Shown piece by piece: positions 51,866 to 64,000 of a stretch of 64,000 bases of DNA. Below the pieces are notes generated by a model, which was not told the DNA's origin, ran no database searches, and was given only the letters and a program-made list of their open reading frames with translations. Where the stretch lies: the NCBI GenBank assembly GCA_965637545.1, contig OZ281497.1:14446001-14510000 (forward strand). Reading direction: 5' to 3'. This DNA is from Phallusia mammillata. Its lineage: Eukaryota. Position numbers and translations under genes: made by a program. Each line of letters opens with the position of its first letter. The first letter of the stretch is position 1.

Positions 51866-53331
51866 CATAAACCTCAGCGTGTATTTCTTGCAAGTTGAAC
51901 GCTCTCGTATATCGAATTGTTGACGTACTTACATTATTTTGGCTTAGTTGTTTACCAAACCAAGTGATTTGTACTTTTGCTCAATAAACATGCTTTGTGT
52001 GTACTCACTGGCCAATGTTGTTTGCGTATACACGTACCACCAGGAATCCCTGACTCGGTTGGATTGTAAACGGTAGTCATGGATTAACTCGACGACAGTT
52101 TGCCAAGAAAACAGAGCGCTGATGAAAAGGAGTTGGCATGCGGGATTGCTCCTTGCTTTGTCTTCGTTAATCCGATCTCCTCTGCAATATCAACACTGGA
52201 TTACTCACGGCTTTTTGAGTGGCGTTGGTGAGTAAACTGGATCGTGTATCGAAAAACCAAAACCGAAGCCCTTTCTTAGGATCGCAATTGCGGACGAGGC
52301 GTGTGAATGTGTGGGCACGCGCCGCCACGTTTGCCTGTCAGTCAAATCGAGTTGCAACAGTACAGCTTTCCCTGGCTGCACTAGGTAGTAAGTGACGGAC
52401 TAAAAATGTTGCTCGTTTGCCAAAGATTTGTAAATTAAAATTCAGTTTAAAAATATTTCCAATTATGCAATTAAAGGACATAATCACAATGATCTACCTA
52501 GATTATGTTTAGCTCCACTTTATTTTAAGACTTATGCTTTGTCCTAATAGTCAGTTGACACGAAGAATGGCAGCGCAGTTAATAGCTACAATGCAGATTT
52601 ATTTATGGTTATCATAATAATAAAAGGAAGCTGGCTCTTACTTCCGAATTCAATCATTAATTTAGCTTTAGCACAATGTAAGAAAATGAGATTAGATCGA
52701 CTAATCGCCCAAAATTGAAGCTGGATATCCAATAAATCTGATAAGCGATGGCACGGCATTGAGAGGTGGCTGTAGCTCGTCATCAATATGCGCAAAACAA
52801 TAGCGCGACACAAACTGGGAGGAGATTACAATGTGGAGGGCGGGCGAATTGTTACCGGGGAACATTCGCCGCGTGGTATGGTGTCATCTGACGCGCTGCT
52901 CCGACTATTTTGAAACAATAAGAACGGGGTGACAATGGGCAAAACGACATGGGTCGATTGCTCTGCAATAACCACAGAAAAAGCTTCGTTTCTGCCAAAG
53001 CCGACCCGCGCATAATTTTCCATAGTCGTCAGTCGCTTGGGTTTATTCGCAAGGCACTGGTAATCAAAAGGTCGCCTGCAGGTCCCGCAAAGGTTTTATA
53101 CAAGATGTTATTGATACGATTGGTTGGTAGTGCTTTTGTTTTTCAGATCGGGTACCAGCCTGTTTATAGGAAACTCAATGTCATAGGTTGTCCTCTGGCC
53201 CACCGCTCGCTCAGTTTGTCACACAGGTTTGCTTTGCGAGTTATGCTACCCTGCTAACCTGTGCTGCTCGAAAGTCGAAAGCTAACTACAATTTGGATTA
53301 CGTTACCAAACTGTGAATTGTTGCTGCGGAA

Positions 53332-56300
53332 ATGCCAGCCTTGTTGCCAGAAAATACGTCTCCAGACTTGAGGAGCAGCAGCTTAGCACCGAAGGAGCCT
53401 TACCACATCCCTGGGTAGGTACTTTGTGGGGTGTAGACGGACAGTGTCAAAACACTGTTCTGTTTTCGTTTTGATATAAAGTGGTGGTAAAGAGCACCTT
53501 TATTCTATAGAAAACATGTCAAACATTGCAAGCAACAAAATCCTCTACGTATTAAAGATTACAAAACAGAAAATATAATATGTAGCATTGGTGGAGTTTT
53601 GACGAAGATATTAACGAGACCCTATTTTCACTTAAAACTTTCGTCAAAACTTTGTTTCCAGTTACATGTCAACATGTGAACACAAAAACACAGTTGGCAT
53701 CAAAATATCGAAAACTACTTATAAATTGAAAAAAAAAACTGTTTCTAGAAGCTGCAAAATTTATAGACGAGACAAAACATTTTTTTAAAATAACATTTTG
53801 CCTATAAAATAGCATATATAAAATGTCCTTTTCAGCAGTTCGATGGGTAATAAAAAGGCGTAACTACACAACGCCGCACAATAGGATCAATCGACGGGCA
53901 CGCATTGTTTGTGATTCTCTTTTGTTACCGGTACACAACTATCACTGTTTCCGTGGCGTTTAAATAATGTCGCGCCTATACGAGAAATCACCCTGCGAAA
54001 CAACTCCTGAACTGTTTTGTTCGTGCAAAAAGTGAATGAGCTCTAAAACAATTTGGTAACGTTAGTGTGATCATGATACAAACGTCCGTATTCAACTTTT
54101 AAAACTCTACAGGTATGCAGGCCACAAACCCCAGTACAAGTATCAGTGTAGTGAAACGTTTGGAAACTGCACTCACCGATTGCTGCTTTCACCTGAGGTG
54201 AATCAATCCAGCAACTCGGTTCTTCGTCCAATCGACCCACCACCACGTTCACAAACTGTACCTCTGGGATTTCATGATGTTCCCAAGGTTGGTTTAGGGC
54301 AGGGGTTCTAAACCTTTTTTGAAATTTTTTTATACCTCTTTATGAATTTTGTCTGTCAGTGGTTTTTAACCTTTTATGCATTTTTTCGTACCACTTGTGT
54401 GACTGAGCAGCAGTAAATATAAGTGTTGTAGTTGTAAAGTAAACTTGACAGCACCATTTTATCAGCTTCTATTAGCATATATGCAGGAAACTTTCTTAAC
54501 CATATATGAAATGTATATTTGTAAGAAATGACTAAATAATATTAGTTTTGACATTTTGATATCGTATTTGTAACGTCTGACTTGGTGGTTCGTATACCCC
54601 CCTAATGGTACAGTTCCATTTGACTTACAATTTTAACCCTTCAAAGGCTGTATACAATTGTTCAACTACAGTCATTTCAAAGATGTTTATTGCACTCAAT
54701 TTGTCTGAAACTTTACTTAATCTTTTAGAAGAAAAGAGGATACACACTAAACTTGTACAGACGTACATAACTGATATGTTTTACTGTGTCTTAAGGCTGT
54801 TGTTCTTTGAAATGTATTGAAAAGGTTGTAACATAGGTTGGCCCAATTGAGAGATTCGTTGTGTTAAATAATAAAACATACCGCTTAGCTTGGCCAAGAA
54901 GAGTATTCCATCCACGACTTGTTGACCAAGCGTCGGGAAAGAGTTGGTGATCAGCTTTTCAAACCCAACATGAGATCAGGATACATGGGTAACATTTAAA
55001 CACCCATCATTTGACTTTAGTTTTTACATCAGGTCCTTTCTTTGATCAGGTTTCGTTCCTAAGGCTCATTTTTCAAGTTACCACGCGAAAACTTTCCCGG
55101 ACCTTTGCAACGAAGCTCTGCGGGACTTTAACGCCGATCAAGCAAGGCACCAGGCAAAACTTCAGCAACTCAGCAGAGCACTGCGCTCTCAGCAGACTGA
55201 CAACCTAACCAGCGCTGAACGACAAGTAAATTTTGTTTTGTTTTCCGGGCATTCAATGTTCTACCATTTCACTGGCACCATAAGAAAAAGGCTATGAAAT
55301 TGCTTAAACTAATTTCAGATGCTGGGTACCCGGCATTCGCTACCTCTCAGAACTGTACGGAACGATTTCCCGCCTTTTGTGTCGAAAGACGCTTACCAAC
55401 GACACGAATCGCCGTATTTTTTGTCTACCGATCATCCGATGAAAAGTTTCAAATCAGGTAACAAATATTATTTGTTGGGAACATGGAACTAAACTATCAT
55501 AATTATTATAAAACGCTTCTTAGTGTATATTTTATTGTGGTGTTTAAATTGTGCTTTATGTTGCCTAGGGTTTGCCGGCCACGTTCCATTTTACAAAGAC
55601 CTCGGCGGTCACGGTTTTCCTGTCGTGACCAATAAAGCGTTAAAAGAGTTTTCTCAGGAACGAGAACGCCTAATAGGATCCTTAGAAAAACCCCTCGAGT
55701 CCGGATCCATGATTCAGCCAAGACCACCCAAGAAAACACCGACGTTTTCGGGTCCACAGAGGAATAGAATCTTTTTGATTGATTCTGGAATCATTCCCAG
55801 ATACGCTGGATATGTCCCAGGTAGCTTTAATAGTAAATGTTACTGTTTTAAAATCTGATTGCAGCTTGTTGCAGCCTGGTATACCGAAATAATAAAACAG
55901 GTACTAACACTATAACTCGCGTCAGTCGCACATTTAGCTAATTTTTGATAGGTGGCGCAAAGAGCACAAATCCTATTGAAAACAGTATGTCTCAAAATAT
56001 GCTGACGGTTAGTGCTATTAAGATTGGCGTTAGGTATGATCATTAAAAATTCAGTTAAACTAACTTTAAAATGTAGTTCTTAATGTAAAATTTTCAAAAA
56101 CCTACTTCCCAACCCTACCCCTCTTTAGCCGATAAATAAATAATTCCTCTCCTGCGCCACCGATCGAAGATTTGCTAAATGTGCGGTTAACGTGAGTTAT
56201 GGTGTTTATACCTCTACCCTAAATTATAATTAATTTTCTTGACCCAGCTAGATCAGTTAAAGTTTGTTTCTGCTTGGTGACTTGGGTGAATCCAAGCTAC

Positions 56301-56666
56301 TTACAACAAATGAGATTCAAGTTATTTTAACTTCAATATTTTAGTGGTAAATTATAAACCATGAATTGATGTTGTATAAAATGAATGCGAACAACAAAGT
56401 GTCAAACTCTCAAATAAACAAACACCAGTTTCAAAACTGCACTTGGCACCACAGCTTTCACTATATTGTAAACTTGCATTTAAGTTATCACGTTTGGTTT
56501 GAAGTCGAAAAATGTCATTAACGTAGTCTTAGATTTGTTTATTTGTTTAAAAATATCATATTTTACAGGACAAAAATTTAGATTCGGGCATACGTTTGCG
56601 GATGGAACGAAAAACCCAATGAACTTAAAACCCAGTGAGGCACCAGCAATTACGGCAACATCGTAA
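53332..56666 (+). CDS. FAM166B/CIMIP2-like ciliary microtubule inner protein (multi-exon)
   Basis: Repeated FAM166 motifs: EPYHIPGYAGHKPQYKYQCSETFG, NMRSGYMGFVPKA, SPYFLSTDHPMKSFKSGFAGHVP..GFPVVTNKALKEF, IPRYAGYVPGQKFRFGHTF; stop 56664-56666. Confidence 0.82.
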
Positions 56667-57999
56667 TGTTTCACCAACTGCAGATAACTGTTGTCCAGAC
56701 ACTGTGATTGACTCATATTGCTATAGCGTCCCCTGTTATATTTAAGCCACTTTGGTTGTAACCTGCATAGATTTGTTGCGTAGTACTAATTGATAACTTT
56801 TAATGACCCATTCTATTACATAACCCCTCTGTGTTGCTCAATTTAAATTTGTATTAATGTGTCGTCTGATGTAACGTTAATTGTTAATCTGTCAAGTATG
56901 AGTTGTAACGAAACTCGCAAGGCTAACAATGTGAACTCAATTAACATCACTTTGCTCATTTACATCAGAATTAGTAACAATTTTATGAAACTCTATTTCG
57001 ACAGACATTTGAACTAAGGCACAATAGAAAACTGCAGACACTTTTCTCAACTGTTTTCATCGCACGCACATAGGCTGTTTTTCTGTAATTATAAATTAAC
57101 AATATAGATCGCAAAATAAATGTTGAAATGTGTGTGTATGAAATACATTCTCGACTTGAGACGTGATCTAAAATATCAGTAAGATACACAATCACATAGG
57201 GGACGCCAAAGTACATAAATCAATCGTCTTGCATAAATACTAATTTATTTAAAATTATTTTAAAACGAATGATAAATTGGATCTAAAAACAACGCGTTTG
57301 CGATTAGAAACACTTCACAACAAGCAAAAAACAAAAATGGCGTAAATGCATTAGAGTGTCAGGAAGGTCGTACAGATCCAAATCGACCTTTTTGATCTCA
57401 TGACTCGAAAAAGTTGCAACGGTACTGACAAGAAGTGGTAATACGCTAAACATCTCTTTTTTAAGGACGATGTAATGACATGTATCGCGTTTGCGTTGGG
57501 CTCGGCACATGCAGAAAAAAATAAGAGAGAAAAAGGTGAAGTCAGGCTATATGCCATATCACTGTGTAATGAAATGTGTAATATGCTTACGAAGGTGCAA
57601 AATAAATTAAATTGTAAAACAGACAAGTTTGAAGAAAACAATTTGTGTAAAAGTTCATTAGGTCTTGTGTAAACATTTTACAACAGGTGGCAAATCTCAT
57701 TTTAATAAATACATGTGTATCATTACGCTAAAGGCGTCGAACAAGTAAGTTATGATTTATTTCGCAAAAAGTCCCACTTTCATATCGTTTAGTTTTTAAA
57801 ACATTCATTGTGTCGGGGAATACCATTAAAACATGAGAACAAATCTAGAAGTGTTGCAAAAACGACTCTTTCCACATCTCCTGTTAAACAATTATCATAG
57901 GTACAGAAAACAATATACACCTAAATCCTAACAAAAAAGATTGTGACATTGTAAAACGTACTATGTACCGCGACGTGAAATAAAAAATGTAAGGGTTTG

Positions 58000-60900
58000 T
58001 TAAGTTGGTTTGTAAAAAATCTGGCCTTTCAATAACCGACGTCGAAGTTCACGCCACAACATTGAACGCTCGAGGGAAGAACCACTGAGCACCGAGCGAT
58101 TTTCCTGCGCCCTTCGATGCAAGTAAGGAAGCACCTCATCCACTGGACCAAATGGGACGTACTTGAACACGCGGTGACCAGCTTGCCCTAAAATGTTTAC
58201 AACAGTAAAGGTAAATAGGTTGGACATTTACTTACTAATAGGAATTGGCCAAAACTGTGTTCTGTTAGTTAGAGCATGGGACATTTTACATTAAAGGTCA
58301 GTGCTCGGTCGAGCATGCTCGGTGTATTGTGACGTCACAAGTTCCTCATGTAGCGACTAGGTCAAAATTGCAATGCTGCGAGTACTCGGATTCTGGCTCG
58401 GTTTGACACAACACTACTCACTATCGTAACAAACTTGATCTAAAACGAAAGCTAATTGAAAGGTGCCGGCCTAGAAAAGAGATTGCTCTTGGAGATTTTT
58501 TCAGTGAGTGTTTATTACAGTTTTGCAAAAAAAGACCACAACCCAACCAAGGTCGAGAACTAGGTCGACGCAGCTGTTACTCCAATAAAACATTACGTGA
58601 AGATGCAATTAGTAAAGTAAAGTTGCACGTTGCCACTCAACTAATCGATTAGCACGTTGGGCCGAGCAAACACCAACAGCTGTATTCGGCAGCTAATAAG
58701 TTTAGCGCTAACAACCGACATACACGGAACGCTATTAAAAAGTAGGATAATCATGTTGTTGCTTTTGCGAACTACAAACGTAGTCAACTTCATGATATTC
58801 ACTTCCCTGATAGAAAATACAAAGTTTTGGCAGACATTTTCGAAATCCCATGACAGCTTATCACGACCTTCGAAGCATTTTGGTGAGAAGTCCAATACTT
58901 TAGGCTTTGATGGTGTTATTGATCTTTGCCGATTCAAACTATGAAGCACAACATTGAAACTTACCTAAAGGAAACGTAATATGATCGCACATGCCCAGAA
59001 GTTGGCCGAAATAAACTTGATGCTGCATCTGTGGGGTTAATTCCAGATCATGGATGCTGCGCAAATAACAACAAACGTGCGTTGACGATAAATGCAATGA
59101 AATGGTACTGAGTACATGGTAGTAACTCACGTAGAGAGTGCGTATTTTACACTGTCCTCGTTATGCGATGCAAACATAACGTCAGCTTTTCCGCCCTGTT
59201 TAATGTGTTCGAGCATGATCTTCAACAGCTTGTTGTAATTTCTGCAACGTAACAAGTATGTGACTAACGCGGCTTACCTTACAACGCAACAACATACAAA
59301 ACTGGACGACCATAATGATAACTAGTCATCAATCTATACATCCTCAAAGTCAAAAATTGTTACTGCTGTTTCTACCATTTTTGCAAACAATTTGTGTTTG
59401 CCTAATTTAAATGCCATTTAAAATATAGTTGAGCAATTGTGTGTTACCTTCATTTGTAGACAAATTTGGAACATTATTTAACTGTTAATATTGCCAACTG
59501 TAAAGAACCAGACTGCTGTACACAAACTATCAATGTCCTAATTCATAACACAACAACAATATTCCCACCTGTTTGTATCCTCATAACTTGGTTGAATTGG
59601 ATCATCATAGCTTAGTTGTTTTGCCCTTTCACGCTCATGTTCCATATAAGCACCACGAACTAGTTTCAAACCAAAGTGAAAGCCTTCCCTTTGTGATAAA
59701 GCAAGGTCAGTGCAGAGATTGTCTTCAGCACTCTGAGAAAAACAAACAGATTTTAAAATTGCAATACACTTTGGACATTGAAATAACCTAACTTAAAACA
59801 TATTTCACTATGAACTTCCTGTTGACTCAAACATTTTACACAAAGAAGTAAAATTTTGAACAACCTTTAGGTAGCACTGATAAGTGTTCATTATGACTGT
59901 TTTCTTGCGATTGAACTTCCTCATCATTTCCATGACAATACGGCTTATGGCAGGCTGGAAATAAGTTTGTTCGGCATCAATCATCAACCTAACATTCTTT
60001 TCAAGTGCTCTTTGTGCAAGTGCATCAACGCGTATTAACATTCTTTTCATCTGTGCCTCTTCCTCATCTGTAAACTTGGGTAGCAGTGATTCTTCATCAC
60101 CTGTCTAAATGCCACAGTATTCTGTCATTGGACTGCTGGTGTGTTTATGAAACAACATCTCTGAGTGTCTCATATATAAGAGTAAATGATATCATGAAAT
60201 GGTCAATAGGTGAGCCATCCTAAATGTTTATTTTTTCACAAAACACTTTCAGGATTTTAAAATACGTTTCATATAATATTGACCATCGTGGATACAATTT
60301 CACAATTTTGAAAGCCAAATTTTTGGACCAAAAATAGTTTTTGACTGTTTTTTTAGTTTTTGAGTGCTATATCATTTTTTGTTTACAAGAAAAGTCTGTC
60401 TCAACTCTAAAACTAAAAACATTCACGCAACAATAAAAAATAGTATACCTCAGGGTTAAGAACTACAAACAGGTCAGAAAACTTGCGATGTTTGGCAATC
60501 ATTTCGTTCCAGTCAAGAAGATCAACATAGCCAGAGTCATCTCTATCCATCCAGGTAAACCACTTTTGTGACTCATCACGGCTCATCAAAATTCCCAGTT
60601 TAGCAGCTTTTGTCTGAATCAAAATTGCTGATTGAAACCTTTATGTCACATGACTTACTATGCCGCATTTAATTGGAATGTATCAGGCAAGACTTTAGTA
60701 AAGCAAGTCAAAAATGCATGGCAGAAAACAAAACAATCATGGTAAAGACACAATTATACCTCAAATCGCAATTGGTCAAATTTTCGATCAACTAGGTTGC
60801 CTTCTTTTCCACAGAACCTTTCAAATAGTTTTTGACCTTTTGACAAAACTTCAGAAAATTGTAGCTGCAGAAACGTGCAAGAATGCAAATGGAAAAAGTT

Positions 60901-62117
60901 AGTAAAAAATCATTCAAGAAAAGTTGAAATTTGAACACTACATGAAGCAATCAGCATTCTACCATACAAAGCATTGAAGCTGTAAATAAATTGACTACCA
61001 TAACATACCAAAAACTGGGGCCTTCCTAAAGCTGTAAGTTTTACTGCAGCAAAACCACCATCAGTGGTTGCTCCAACAGCATCAATGCACCTGCAGAAAA
61101 CAATTGCAAAATTTGTTACAATGTTTTAACAGAAATTATTACAATATTTTAACAGAAAACATATTTGTAAACCTACTTCAAAAATATATTCATATTATCG
61201 TCACATTTTGCTTCTCCTTCATAAAAGTAAGTTCGAGCACTGACAACTTTCTTGCGTCTATCGCTAAACTCCCTGTGTGGTTGGTAACGATCCATAGTTT
61301 CATATTCTAAAAAAATTAACATTGACTGACTTTTTGCAGTCATATTCTCATTGTGGCATGTATTTGCCAAATCAATGGCAAAAATTACTCAAAAATTACC
61401 AGGTGTAACATTTGATTTGCATGAGTCCATTTCCAGTTTTTCAGCTTTTTCCTCTGACAAGTCTTCCTCAACAGCATAGTCCAATATTGCTCCTACCCCA
61501 TGGGCAGAAAGTTTATCTACAACACCCTAAAAATAAAAAAAGTACCATTCAATCATGTTGCTGCTATGAAACAGCATTGTTGTCCAAATACTGACCCTAA
61601 TTTCATCCTGGTTTTCTCCAGCTACAAAGTGTCCATAAAAGCTCATATTCATTGATTTCTTGAACAGCCATTTTCCTGTCACCTTTTTCATGTATTTTGA
61701 AATCTAAAAAAAACACAATAAAACGATGTTCACAAATCATTTTAATGTTGATAAAACTAAATGACAAATGAAACTTACAGTCATACCATGTTCCACCAAA
61801 AATCCAATCGTGCACAACTGGAAAACCATTGCTGCTCTAAAAATTTCATAGTTCGATTTGCTTTTGTATGCCTCTACGATGTTTGTAAAATCAATGTCCC
61901 AAGGAACCTCCTGTTTATGTGCAACATTATTGGCATCCTTTGGTTGTGCAACATTAGTTCCAGATAATTCTGTCTTGATGGACACGTTTCTGTTTTGTAA
62001 TGAGTGATTACTTATATACAAGAGTCGTGATTGTCTTGTGGGAAGTACAGCCACAGGTATACATCTTTGAGTAGGCTTTAGCAGCTTGATTCCATGATTA
62101 AAAACAGTTCTATGCAT
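58000..62117 (-). CDS. PRODH: Mitochondrial proline dehydrogenase (multi-exon)
   Basis: Presequence, then FYGHFVAGE, ILDYAVEED, SARTYFYEGEAKCD, VRLMIDAEQTYFQPAI, VYFGQLLGMCDHITFPLG and KYVPFGPVDEVLPYLHRRAQEN. Confidence 0.95.
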
Positions 62118-62653
62118 TTATATGTTTTGTTGAACAAATACAAATCACTACAGTGTGCAGGCTTACTTTGTGTCGTTTAAGTTTCCTAGGAACCTATCAT
62201 GTTAGCTAACAGAAAGTAAAAGAAATAATTAGTTGAAATAATTTAATTCAAAAATAACCAAACCTTTTTTCGTTGCGCCTACATTAACATCAAAACGTTG
62301 TTACTCTTTCAAGCCAAAAAACACAATTGCAATTCTGATCTATCCTTTACAACCAAATGTTAGTTACATAAAAGCCGAAACAACATGCATTTTTGCTCAG
62401 TACCAGAACAATCCCTTAACGTAAACGATCGCTGTGTGCCACTCTCTTTAGCCCCAGTGACTGACAAGAACTTCTCGTTCAGATTTCAGAAACAAACCTA
62501 ACCGCGCCGACTGTGACTCCGCCCATACTGTAAGTGATCTCATTGGTCGCAGCACAGATGCCGCCCAGGAAAAAAGGTCATTGTGGGTCACAGTCGTCAC
62601 ACAAGTCTGCTCGTTTAACCTTAACTTAACATACCAGCAGTGGCGGCTCGTGC

Positions 62654-62689
62654 CTAAAATTTGTGGGGGTGCTGCCCCCACAAATTTTA
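62654..62689. repeat. Perfect 15-bp inverted repeat (6-nt loop) upstream of PRODH
   Basis: CTAAAATTTGTGGGG-gtgctg-CCCCACAAATTTTAG, preceded by CAGTGGCGGCTCG, which resembles a MITE terminus. Confidence 0.7.
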
Positions 62690-64000
62690 GCCTCTACTGA
62701 ACATATATAAGTTGGCAATATATTGAAAAGCTACATTTCTAGTTTTCTAGCCACTTGTTTTGTGCAAGTAATACAAATCTTAATTAGCAACTCCATTGTG
62801 ACGTAATTTTTGTTACGCAATAATGTACACGAGTGTAAACAGCAGACGGCATCATCTGTGTATTTTGTTTACTTGCACAGCGACGGGCCAAACACAATAA
62901 CGTTCAGTAATAATGTGAAAAACAAAAACACACGTGGCACAGCTTCGAAACGAAGCGGTTGTAAATACGGTAAAACACAACAGAAATATAGAAAAAAATA
63001 GATATAAATGAGTCGAAAAAGGTCGAAGTATTTCAGTTCGACAACAAAAATTGTCATGTTTCATTTAAGTAAATTTAGTCACAGTCAGCGTTTTCAACAT
63101 ATTCTATGACACTTCACAGATTATTGTCACACACAAAAACTAGCCATACAGCTTTTTATTGGTATCATAACTAACAAATTTAACAACCACATTACATTGG
63201 TTTCAGAACTTGTTCATTTAAACATCTTTGTTGAATTTTTGTGTGCAGACTATTGATTGTATTTTAGTTTCTTAGCTGCTATAATTGCTGCTTGCTGGCA
63301 AATAGCTTAACATTCCTTTTTTAAGTGCAAAACGCCTTCAAGCTTTAAAATTTACAACACTCTCACTTAAATTTAAACCATATTATTAAATCTTGTGGTT
63401 CCTTTTTCCAACCAAAATGAATCATGAAGTTATAGTTTGGGCATGATAATTGATAGCTTCTTCCTTAATCCCAAATGATAACTAAGAAACTGTTTTTCTA
63501 TTTAGTACTAGCACTGCAAGTGCAAGTCCTTTGGAAATATTGGTGTTCCTCAGAAAAATTGGCATCTTTTTCAGTGTTAAAAAGAACTGTTTTGCCTTTG
63601 AAAGAATCATGGAAACAGCAAAAAGGATTTTTCATCCTAGTAATTTAACTTGTCAAAACATCATCTCTAGATTAAGTATTTTCAAAGTAATCATGAACAT
63701 CAGATCTACAGAAACATTTTCATTTGAGTAACTAGCTTTTCTTTGTCAACAATAGGATGTGCTTGGTGTCACTATTATCTTGTCTGTAGAATGTTCATTC
63801 TTAAGAAACACTTCCTGTGAAGCAATTTAGCAGCTACTGTTCAGACAAACGGTACATGTCCATTATATCAATACACATGACTGCAATTGGTTGCAAATAC
63901 TGTCAACATGGTGTGTTAAGAAAGACTCTCTTTAAATTGTCTTCACTCTTTTTTTGTCTTCATTTCAAAATTCCTGTTGCTAGCAGTTGTTTGTTCTGCA

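Noticed and set aside
53244-53260. Possible RFX X-box upstream of the ciliary FAM166B-like gene
   Set aside because: Both half-sites mismatch the consensus; too weak to call.
63380-64000. Protein-like fragments on the minus strand at the window end
   Set aside because: Interrupted by multiple stops and no family recognised; may be the 3' end or UTR of a gene outside the window.
1-64000. CRISPR arrays, rRNA, tRNA, prokaryotic operons or defence systems
   Set aside because: The sequence is eukaryotic with spliceosomal introns; no regular repeat-spacer array or structural RNA signature was seen.

Overview
Eukaryotic, AT-rich, gene-dense 64-kb window with many short (~45-70 nt) spliceosomal introns. 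The style suggests an ascidian/tunicate genome (inference, not provable from the sequence). The ORF track mostly shows exon fragments or shadow ORFs, so genes were assembled by hand across GT-AG junctions and internal boundaries are approximate. Gene order: NASP (3' part, +), GIPC (-), intronless UBE4B (+), intronless GATC (+), a STYXL1/MK-STYX-like rhodanese+DSP phosphatase that keeps an intact HCx5R motif (+), KIF21 (-, ~18 kb), TMEM147 (+), an orphan class A GPCR (+), two tandem TYRP1-like genes (+,+), FAM166B/CIMIP2-like (+) and PRODH (-). Introns and spacers carry several non-autonomous hAT-type MITEs with 8-bp TSDs, Helentron/HINE-like elements and a probable tRNA-derived SINE. No prokaryotic-type system (e.g. 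CRISPR), rRNA, tRNA or autonomous transposase was seen. The most interesting observations are the active-looking MK-STYX relative, the patchwork identity and shared promoter module of the TYRP pair, a candidate trans-spliced operon starting with intronless UBE4B, and frame-preserving microexons in KIF21.
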